64,000 nucleotides of DNA, taken from NCBI RefSeq assembly GCF_006345805.1, contig NC_043006.1:91636001-91700000 (forward strand). Reading direction: 5' to 3'. Both the position numbers and the translations under genes were made by a program. The stretch comes from Octopus sinensis (lineage: Eukaryota). The notes under the pieces were generated by a model. It saw only the letters and a list, made by a program, of their open reading frames with translations, had not been told where the DNA came from and made no database searches. Below, in pieces: positions 38,411-49,873 of the stretch; within the stretch, counting starts at the first letter, position 1, and each line of letters opens with the position of its first letter.

Positions 38411-39044
38411 TCTGTGCAGCGCCCGTAACTTTGCGCATATCTTAGCGTCGTGGTGTTAAAAACACCCACGAAACGCATCGAAACCGTCTCAGTGGTATAA
38501 TATTGAAATATGGTCACGTAATACTATTAAATATATCGCCAGTAAGGTTTTACGGTAAATTATTGAAGTTAGCAAAGTTTTAGTACCACAAACAAAAGAG
38601 AAATGCAGAAATGATCGCATTCATTTCGTGTCATGTTGGATAACTTCCGCTCCGTGTATACTCTGCTAATGCGTGCATTTTAAACTTTATGAATCAACAT
38701 TATTAAATATTACCCTCTGATGATAAGGTTATTATAATCTATTTATCGGAAATTAATTAGACTAAATCGCTCCAAGCAAAATCACATCTAATATTGAGAA
38801 ACTTAATCAAGAAAGTTCCATTGTAGGCCAAACCGTCAGCAGAAAGTATCAGCGGGGGGTAATATATACTCAGCGAAGATTAAGATATATCCGACAGACT
38901 GATTAAATAATTCATGCGACCGTTGCTTCCTGCGTCCTCAACGACGCTTCTTTTTTTCCCTTCGATTTTATGAATTAGACTCTAAACCAATACAATTAAT
39001 AAACCGAGCACTTTGCTGCAATTACGATCATACTGGATGGTGCC

Positions 39045-39612
<568 letters not shown>

Positions 39613-39862
39613 TTGGGAATTTGGTTACGTCCAGCCACTATCCAGGCAACTGTCCTATCCAATTACTTTTAAGTCTTCCTTTTCTTATCTCTTTCATTCA
39701 TATAACGCTCTCTCTCTCCCTCCCCTTTCTATAACAGATATACTTATATACAGATATTTACAGACACGCAAGTATATCTCTCTATTTAAATCCATATATA
39801 TATATATACAACGATCTCATTATTATCATACATACACACACGCACACATATATGTATATACA

Positions 39863-39906
<44 letters not shown>

Positions 39907-40027
39907 TATATATGCATAAATGTGTATATATATATATAAATACATATATACAAATATATATATATACATACATGTACATATTTATATATGTTAAGATACG
40001 TAAGAATATGTATGTGTGTATGTATGC

Positions 40028-40073
<46 letters not shown>

Positions 40074-41183
40074 GCACATGTATGAGAGTTAGAGAGGAGA
40101 AGCAGGGCTGGAGGAAATATATAAGCAAACTGGGAGTCATTCAGATATAAATACATTCTTTATCAGGAATTTTTGTGGCTTCATGTGGATAGAAAACAAA
40201 AATTGATTTCAGGCCACATTATCTGTAAGGCTTGCTACGATGAAAAAGATTGTTGCTTGAAGCAACCAAAAATTTTTTTTTTAAATGAGTAACATAAAAA
40301 CTAAATAAAATCAAGGAACAAACAGTAAAAATGTATAATAAGGAAGAAAGATCCGAAAAATAAGATGTTTGTATATGATGGAAGATGAAAGAGGAAGTTA
40401 GGATGTTTGGAAAGCTAAGAAATGACAAATCTCAGATTGAAGTCTCCAGGAAACATACAGTAATGGCAAGACACAATGGCTGGCGATGGACTGATAACTT
40501 TACTACCTAGCAGTAGTGGTCACAGTAGTAGTCGCTGCCGACTGGAAGACATATTGGAATAGCTGTAGGCGCAGCAAAGAATTCAGGCCAGTTTCGGTGT
40601 TTCGTTCTGTTTATGAGCAAGCGATATTGTATACCGCGAACATGGAGTATCCCCAGCGGAGAGTTAGTAGAAGGGAGATAATCATTTCTTCAGACTATCC
40701 AGCCAGATTAGAAGCTAGAATTTGAAATTAAGGTATAAAGAAGAGGCATGGAATATATCTGTGTAATTTTTTTTGGTTATCGCCTTAATTTACTTAGCAG
40801 TTTAGAATTTGATTTTTGAAATTTAATATTCTAAAGCATCCTGTTATTCTGTTGTAGTGGTATCCCAACTAATTCATTGTATAATATTTGACAGTGTTCA
40901 TATCTTCACTGGAAAAAATGAAAAAAATAATATCGGATTTTTATAAAATGAATATTTATATTTATATAATTCTCGCCCAAGCTTGTGGATCGGGATTTGT
41001 CGCTTCTGATCTACGAAGAAGTGAATTAAACTGTCATTAAAGCCATAAGAATGCCTAAACACTTTGAATGCTCAGGATTTGGTTAGATTCATGTACTATT
41101 ACTGGGGCGCAAAGAAGCCGACGCTGGTTGCCAAAGGGCGAGAGCCAAAAATAAGCACAAAGGCACTCACACACACACACACA

Positions 41184-41234
<51 letters not shown>

Positions 41235-43408
41235 ACACACATACACACTCACACACACACACTCGCATGTGCTTCACAAGGCAATGGCCAGCCAGAGGCT
41301 AGAGGATACTGGTGAAGGTGTTGTGAAGTGTGATCGAAGCTGAATCCGAGGGATTGCGAAACAAACTTGTTACCCTCACGACTATATCTAAATAGAAGAT
41401 GTTTCTAGACCAAGACATATCGAATGTGTCTCCACGGAACGATTTATTTCATATCCATGTCATCCAAGCAGTTCGAATTTTTTAGCATATTTCCTCTATA
41501 AATTCAAACGTTACAATTTACATTTTCTGTTGTTTAGACATATTTCATTCCCCCTTGGAGTGAGTATTAAGCTTGTAGTGAGCCGAATTTGCGATTATAT
41601 CAACATTTTTCGCTGATAAATTATATCTAGGAAGTGACATGTTAGTATAACTGGCAAAGCACCAGTGAATTGGTGATGTTTCTAGATCAAGATATGTTTT
41701 AGAGTCTTGTTTGAAAATATTTCACTTTACTATCAATTATAATTCCATTAAGAAAGGCGTGAAGGACGCAACTCTAAATATAAATGTAAACAGTATTTGT
41801 ACCTACCGTAAGAGAAAGCAAACTTTGTCGTCGTATAAATTTAAACGCATCGATACTCAAGTATTCCGCGTAGATTAAATTAAGTTCGAATATTTTATCA
41901 AGCAAATCGTTATATTAATTGATGAACCGAATGGAAAATTGTTATTTCAGTTTTTCATTTCTCAGTCTTAACTAATATTAGAGTCATCTTTGGTAATCAA
42001 AGAACAAAGAATGTTTCCCACCTGTGTCCACAACTATGTACCACGATGTAACATAAAAATGTCGTTCTTGTATCACTGATAAAAATCTTACACATTGCGG
42101 ATTTCTTTCTAGACGAGTGACGCAAATTACCATGAGTCATACATTCTATTTTTCAAATTAGATAAAAGTGCTGTACGTTTAATTTAATTACAAAACATTA
42201 TAAGAAATAAAAGTAAATATCCCATCTTCATTTTAATGGAAGCTCTGTGAAAACCTTAAGCCACGCCGACTCCAGCAACCGTTCATTTATGTTCAACAGA
42301 TTCTCATCCATATGAAGAGTAAATGTTTTTTCCATCCATTATTGAGATTTATTCTCTCCTGATTTTTAGCTTTTCCTCATTTAACTTTTCATTTCCTGAC
42401 AAATTGAGAATTGAAATGATACTTCCATTGACAGGATTTCATTACTTTTTATTGACTTATTTCAGTGAAAATCTCCTTTAAAGATATTCAACAGCCTGCA
42501 GTAGGAAAACAAAACTAAAAACAAACACAACCAAACCAAACATAAAATCCAGAAGGCAAACGGGAGAGGAAGAAAGAAAAAGCATTAAAACACTTCACTA
42601 GAAATTTAATTTGTACTTTCGTTTTTTCCCCTTCCTTTGAAAACCGTTTTGTATTTTGTAAATTAAATTTTAATAGACATTTATTTGAATCCTATTTGAT
42701 GTAAGCCTCCCAGGGATTTCCTGTCGTCTTACTTCATCAGTTTTAAGTGGTGATGGGAATAATGTTCCTACTTTTATTGCCAGCCAGTGTCACTGTTGAA
42801 AGTTTATCTTCAATGATGTACACTAGCAATCTTTTACAAAAGTATTTTGTTATTAAACTACGTCTTTCATGACTTAATATTGTATACTCTTCCATTCATC
42901 ACTGGATGGATTAAATCACTATATCGCTAAATGCTTTTGATGTGATTTGTAATTGCTGAGCTGTATTGAAATTATCTGGCTTGGTTAATCAATATAACTG
43001 GTATAAGTTAGTTTTGTTATAAAGCCTTCCATCCAATGCGGCTCAGATTCAGCAGTGTTACCATCACTAGCATTAAATCTTATAGCATCCCAAGTTTTTT
43101 CAAGAACAATCTGTAGAGGACTGTTAACAAATATGTCAATTATATTATAAAGGTGACAGTATGGTGGAGTATAATAATTTGATTGCACCATGGCTGTTAT
43201 CTCTGCCAGTCGCGATCCCACATAGTAACTCTTTAGTTGGTTCATGACCCCACTCGCGACCCCACATAGTCGATACCAGTCGTGACCCCAAATCTCTCTA
43301 TGGTTTATGACGGGTGCATTTCATGATATATGGAGAGTCTAATGTGGACTGATATATTACATGCAGAGTATGTCACTGGAGTGGCTGTGTGGTAAGTAGC
43401 TTGCTTAC

Positions 43409-45641
43409 AGGTTGCTTCTGCGCATGTGCACGTCAGTGTTGCACTTGACACCGAAGATGTAAGACGTGTTTTTGAAAGCCGTCTTAATTTGAAGACTTTT
43501 GAATACTCAGCCGTAAGGTAAGAATTTTGGGGGTCTAGTGGGGACCTGTTGTATGTTGCAAATTATTTTTACAAGCACCAAGTCCTCACTAGGCTCTAGT
43601 CTGCCGGGAGCTGAATGAAAATATTATTCACTTAATTGTGAAAATTATTGGTTTGGTAGGCGTATCCTGCCAAACATTTGTTTGAAAATAGTGTTGTTCC
43701 TGTTAAGGAGTACCTAGAAGAAATTTAGAATGATTTTTTAACTGTCTTATAGTTGTGTTAAATTTTGGCCGTAACGGTGAATTGAGAAATTTTTTGAAAA
43801 TTCTTCTTGTGAATTCTAGTGGGCGTATCTCGCCCCCCAAAAATAAGAATAAGCCATTTGGATTACCTTTTTGGATTACCTTTCTGGAGTATTATACAAA
43901 AGATTCCCTGTCTGTGCTATTTGTGAGATTTTTCTTTTACTTTTCCCTTCCTCTATTATTTCTTTCTTTCTAAAAATTTTTGGTTCATTCTTTTCATTAC
44001 TTTAATTTAAGTTTCCTCCCCTCCCCTTTATATTGTTTTATTTTTATTCGGTTTAATTTTTTGGCAGACTGTCTTTTGAACTACTTTTGAACTGTTTTTT
44101 GACATGGCAGAGAAGGAACTTAAAAAGAATAACTCTGTCTTAGAGTGGGAAATTAACCCGCCTAAGCAATGGTTAAAAGATATGGAAGAGAAGACGATGG
44201 TACTTAGAACATATTCTAAAGTTCTTAATTCCATCACCGTCTTCCCAAAACAAGTCATAAAAAGTGAACTTAAAGAACATTTGTCTTCTATAATATATAT
44301 ATATATATATCCCGTGGTGTCAAACATGCAAGGAAATCCTGTTTTTCCCGTCATATTGTGGAAGAAAATTAATACGAGCCTGGATATGTGGGCTCCCCCC
44401 GGGCACCGAAGCGGATTGGATTGAAGATACCATCCGACGGGGACTGGGAGATGGCGGGCCTAGGTTCTAAATGTAATAGTATTGCCGGCGGTCGATTGGG
44501 AAGGGTCAAAAGCGATTTTGACCCGGTGGACCCCATCGGCCGCAACAGAACTGGTTTTTCCAGACTTCTTGAAAATGGCTGGCTGCAGGTATCCGGTGAT
44601 ACTTGAGGGACGTCCCCCAAAGTGACATTCCTTGCCTGCAGCCAGGCCACATTAAAAGGAACTGCCCCCAGGACCATGGTAAGGTCCTGGAACAGTCACC
44701 AGATACCACCTCCCCTACCCGGTCAAAGGGAGAGGTGGATGTGGTCGAGGAGGCTGAAGCCTCCTCAATTCAAAAAGGATTAAAAAGGAAGAAGGCGGGC
44801 AACAATAGTTGCCCGCCGAAGGAACCTAAGGCTTCGGGAGGCGAGGGAGAGTCTCCGGACAAAGCGGAAGGGCTCCACTCTCCCGAAGCCAGGAAGAAAA
44901 GAAAAAAAAGAAAAAAGAAGAACGGGTCATCTCAGCAGGGAGATGATGTGCCGACTGCATGTCCCGAAGTTGTGCCACCCACGGTGGAAGAAACCACACC
45001 ACCCTTAAAGATGATCAATTAATTATCTTTTTCTACAAGGGCGGGGAGGTGGAAAAAATAGTAGAAGAACTTAAAGAAACAGTAGATATGCCCTTCACAC
45101 GGGATCCCGAATGGCCTCCGCAGATAGCTGTGGAGGTCATAAGGTTTCCCTTGTGGGAAAGGCTTAAAGGATTTGGGGAGGAGTGTCGCATATGGCCGGG
45201 TGGCCCTTACACGACTTACATGTCCTATATGAGTGAGGCATGGGAAATGGTGGGATACAGGAACTCAAGCGGCATTGAAGATAATGATGAATATATCGAT
45301 GGATATATCGAAGAGTAGGAGGTAAAAGACCCTCGTTACAGAGTTTGAAACCTCACCTTATTGGACTATTTTGTAGTGGTTTATATCCTCAATTTTGTGT
45401 TTTAAGAAAGAAAAAAGAAAATATGTTAAGTAAGAGGTTTTAGTGCCTCCTCCTTGTAAAAGGTTCGAAACTTTATATTGATTAAAAAAAAAAAAATGAA
45501 AATATGTTTTCGAGAAAAATTCAATCGGCGGGTGTTGGGTTTCGTCTCTCATTTATTCATTATAATTTATTTTCATTCATTAATGTGTTTGTCCAGCCCG
45601 CAAAGCTCTTTGTACTGTCTATATGACAAATTTATGAAATA
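43409..45641 (+). mobile_element. ORF1-only non-autonomous Tx1-derived retroelement (half-Tx1), about 2.23 kb
   Basis: 15-bp TSD AAGTAGCTTGCTTAC (43394-43408 / 45642-45656), terminal AATAAA at 45638-45643, disrupted ORF1 homologous to the Tx1 ORF1, no recognisable ORF2. Confidence 0.88.
44104..45318 (+). pseudogene. Disrupted gag-like ORF1 of the half-Tx1 (zinc knuckle, basic low-complexity linker, C-terminal domain)
   Basis: EKTMVLRTY aligns with EKRTVVFKTF, and FPSYCGRKLIRAWICGLPPG with FPSYRGRRTSRIRIVEAPPE, of the Tx1 ORF1. A frameshifted C..C..PGHIKRNC knuckle lies near 44625-44670. Several frameshifts and an (AT)n insertion. Confidence 0.8.
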
Positions 45642-45999
45642 AAGTAGCTTGCTTACCAACCACATGGTTCCGGGTTCAGTCCCACTGCGTGGCACCTCGG
45701 GCAAGTGTCTTGTACTAAAGCCTCGGGCCGACCAAAGTCTTGTGAGTGGAAGTGGTAGACGGAAACTGAAAGAAGCCCGTCGCATATATATATATGTATA
45801 TGTATATGTTTGTGTATCTGTGTTTGTCCCTCCAACATCGCTTGACAACTGATAATGGTGTGTTTACGTCCCCGTAACCTAGCGCTTCGGCAAAAGAGAC
45901 CGATAGAATAAGTACTAGGCTTACAAAGTTCGACTAAAGGTGGTGCTTCAGTGTGGCCACCGTCAAATGACTGAAACAAATAAAAGAATAAAAGAATAT

Positions 46000-46410
46000 A
46001 TTTTCGTTTTTCATTCTTGTATCCGTTTCAGCCCAAAGGTTGTGGCACTGGACTGCGGCCATGATGGAGCACCCTTTCCAGGGTATAGTCGATCACATCT
46101 ACCGCAGTACTTATATTTGAATCTTGATACCTATTCCATCGGCTGCATTTGCTGAACCACCAATTGATGGGACGTTGACAAACCAATACAGGTTGTCCAG
46201 CGTTGGGGCAACAAACACACAGACACTCACACACACACATACTTACACACACACATATACGGGCTTCTTTCAGTTCCCGTCTACCAAACTCCCTTTCAAA
46301 GCATTAGTCGGGCCGAGTCTATGGCAGGAGACACTTGTCCAAGGCACCGCTCACTGGGACTGAAGCCAGGACAACATGGTTACGATGCGAGCTTCTCAAC
46401 CAAATAAGCC
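46000..46410 (-). mobile_element. Diverged SINE-A
   Basis: Reverse-complement tail, body (GGGCTTCTTTCAGTT..GTCTACCAAA) and head remnants. Confidence 0.75.
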
Positions 46411-47216
46411 ATATGTAAACGCTGGATTATTCCTTCCGACGTTTCATTTCCTTTAGGTTACATACTTTAAAAACTTCATGTAATTCGACCTTACAAGGAA
46501 ATGCGTTGACTACTTTGGTAAATATGCACGAAAAACTGTCAAAGTATTTTCTCAATTTCTTTGCGATATACTTGTTGCATGCACACGTTGTAACAGACAC
46601 AAGGAATAAAATGGGATATATTGTGATGATGCATTGTATAACACACACACAAATACACCCACACACACACAAATACACACGTAATTTTATTAATATGGTA
46701 TAGGAGAAGGGAGTGCGTGCATGGGCTTCGCAGAGCCTTCCAAACTATTGAGATGAATGCCTTTAACCGTGGCCAGCTGATGCCTGCAGGAACAAAATTT
46801 GCAAAGAGGAAAATATTTGAGTGCAGAGTTTAACGATGACCCTTGGAGCTTGGATGCATAATGGGAGATTAAAGGAGGAATGACAAGTGAATTGAGTCTT
46901 AAACAAGGAAAGTGCGCTGTGGATGAGGAGGATTTCTTTGTTCCCTGTACAAGTTCTGCTCCCATGTTGTGGCTGTTTATTTCAATTGTCACTTCATGTC
47001 ATATTTAATGAACAATGACATCCTTAATGGCTGCTCGCCAACTGCTCACATAATTCACTGATTCAATGACTAAGGATACACATGCACACTCGCACACACA
47101 CACATACACATGTGTATATATATATATATATATATATACATATATATTACGCCAGCTGAATTCAATTCGTTTCTCGTCGAAAGACGCCTGTTGTTATGTT
47201 CTGTTATTATTATTAC

Positions 47217-47250
<34 letters not shown>

Positions 47251-47329
47251 ATTATTATAATTATTATTGTTGTTGTTTTTTTTGTATTTATATTCGTATT
47301 ATTATTATTTTTTTTTGTATTTATATTCG

Positions 47330-47580
47330 TGTAACATCGTCCGTTTTTCTGTCCTTGTTTCGTATACATTCGATCCTTTTTCCAAGGAATCTAATGCTCT
47401 TAGCTTAGTTTTTCCTTGAGGCTGGCCAGATTGGAGCAATCTCAAGATAAATCAGCCGAAATTGCGAGGATGATCCGGTCGGTTCTTGACTGAAGATTAA
47501 AGGTTTCGAATGACCCGTCCGTGTTTTTTATGTATCGTCTATTTGGATATTTTGCGTTCTTGTCCCATTTTGTATTATAT
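47330..47580 (+). repeat. Unclassified interspersed repeat (longer copy of 11630-11760)
   Basis: Shared block, see the 11630 feature. Confidence 0.65.
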
Positions 47581-48451
47581 ATATATATATATATATAATA
47601 TATATATATATATACATATATATAAGTGACTGATTGACTTGCTCGCATTTCTCATTAATCAATTTTCTTCTGAACGCAACTCGACGCTCAGATGATACAT
47701 GTGAAATGTAGCGTCCACCGGAATCGAATCTAGAACAGTCTGGTTGGCAGCCAATACTTTCACCATTGCTACACACTTATCTGCTATTGCTATACGCTAA
47801 TCGGAAGATATGTGTGGAGTTTTTAAATACTTCAAATAACAGATTCTGATAAAGCTTTGAAAAGACAATTCGTTTCCACTATGGCTTTTGAACAATATGC
47901 AGCCCGGAAACAAATCTCTCTACGCAAGAAAACACTGTATATACAATATACACAGACGGTTATATACCGAAACTTCAATTAAATAGAGAGTTGAGAAAAT
48001 GAAAGTTTACTATCAATTGTTATAGGCGCAGGAGTGGCCGTGTGGTAAGTAGCTTGCTAACCTCACTGACTGAAGAGTGACTTTGCTTACCGTACTACGG
48101 TTTGGATGCGTTTTCTTCCCGGTAAGAATTTTGCTGTGTTGTTAATTGTTGAATTTCTACTACTGAAAATTTGTCTTTAAACGTTGCTGAACTGTCTTGT
48201 TCTCCGGTTTTACCGGGGAATAATTGGATAATTTCTTACCGTTGAACTGTTAACCATTGTGGCTTTTTATTTACGTGACTATATATAGTCCTGCCAGACT
48301 ATTTTCGTGCCCCTCCCCCGAATGGGGGTGGGAATTGGAATTTTTGAACTGCTTTTTTGAACTACTTTGGAAGAAAAACTTTCTATAGGTTTCCCAGTTT
48401 TGTGGGAAACCAATATTTGTAATTTTTGTGTTGTCTAATTTCAACAGAATA

Positions 48452-49856
48452 ATGTCTGTTGAAATTATTCACGAAAGTAGTGCTCTTGAGGAAAGCAATG
48501 TTAAAAAATTTTCTGCGGTAGCCGCAGTGGCTACCGAGAACATTGACATCAATGTCAATCAGCTCGTCGAGCTATTTAAAAGAATGCAAGAGGAGGGTAG
48601 TGATGTTAAAATATCACCCTCCGCCAGTATCGTGGAGACCGAGAAGCGGACCGTAGTGTTTAAAACCTTCTGTCCACAAAGCAGAAGGTTCAAACACTTT
48701 GAATAAAACACCATCGAGAAATGCCTGTCCCCGATTTGGAAGGACATCGTGTACGTCGCCAGGGGACGGGCATATGGCACTGTGGATGTCCGCTTCTCGG
48801 GGGAAGAAGTGGCCCGCGGGCATTCTGTGAACCCCCTAAAAACCAAGGAGGTGGTACTTTTCCCAAGCTATAGGGGACGCAGGACGTCCCGGATCAGGAT
48901 TGTAGAAGCCCCGCCGGAAGTAGATCCGGTAGAGGTAGTGGCCGCCCTGTTATATAAAAGGGCGAACAAAATTAAAATACTAGAAGTAACATGCTCTGCC
49001 CCTCTATTTTGGCTCGGGCGTAACATTAATATATTAATTCAAGGAACAGCGGAGGACCTGCAGCTCCTTCCTGAGAGGGTGCTCGTGGGCGAGAACGTAG
49101 CCCTCAGGGTACAGGTCGAAGGCCGAAAACCCACCTGTTACGCCTGCGGCAAAAAGGGCCACATTCGTGTAGACTGTCCAGACAAGCAAAAGAAACCGCA
49201 GACACCAGGCCCCTCAGATAATAAAAAAGTCCCTACCCTTGCAAACTCACCTACCCCTACAAAAACAAAAAATCCCACTCCTGCTGTTACGGTGCCAACC
49301 CCAAAACAGACTGAAGAAAAAACCCAGCCCTCGCACTCACAAACCCCTACATTATTAAAACCTCCCACCCCCCTAAAAACTGCGGCGCCTACCGAACAAA
49401 CTATTGCTACCCCAGACGATACCATGGAGGTATCAGAGGGGGGATTTACACCAGTTCGTAAAAGAATTCGTGCATCATCCCCGTCCACATCCACTACAAA
49501 AAATAATAAAAACAAAGACACACCACAGACACGGAAAAAAAAATCCCGCTCAACTGGCCCAGAAAAAGAAGACAAAAAAAGAAAATGAACTCATATTAAT
49601 TGAATTCGACACACAAGACAAATACATAAACGATATTGTGGTTCAGCATCAGTCAGCAAGACTGTACAACAAATACAAAGATCGAAATAGACACGCGTGG
49701 ATTGCGGAAACAACGTTCAAACAATTAAAAGACAGACACCCAAACGCCATCCGGCATATCGCGAACTTGCCGGACTATTTGAAGAAAGAGGAGAAAGAAG
49801 GGGCCCACAAACGTGTGGTGAGGTCGGCCCCCACCTCTCCAACGAAATGTAAGTAG
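48452..49856 (+). CDS. Tx1 ORF1 (gag-like nucleic-acid-binding protein with a CCHC zinc knuckle), disrupted
   Basis: ATG at 48452; in-frame TAA at 48704-48706, with the reading frame continuing into ORF 48749-49588; CYACGKKGHIRVDC at 49136-49177. A probable C-terminal domain sits in a shifted frame up to 49856. Confidence 0.85.
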
Positions 49857-49873
49857 AACTTTTACTTTTTGTA

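Larger units (their letters stand above)
43378..45995 (+). mobile_element. SINE-A split by the half-Tx1 (head 43378-43408, remainder 45642-45995)
   Basis: The head GGAGTGGCTGTGTGGTAAGTAGCTTGCTTAC stops at 43408 and resumes as AAGTAGCTTGCTTACCAACCACATGGTTCCGGG at 45642. Confidence 0.95.

Noticed and set aside
46700-47000. Coding-like stretch ending in a hydrophobic, GPI-signal-like peptide (..FFVPCTSSAPMLWLFISIV..)
   Set aside because: Interrupted by stops, with no family motif or splice sites I can support.
45000-49590. Programmed ribosomal frameshift before the ORF1 C-terminal segments
   Set aside because: The required shift is -1 in one element and +1 in the other, and both copies carry other random disruptions, so decay explains it.
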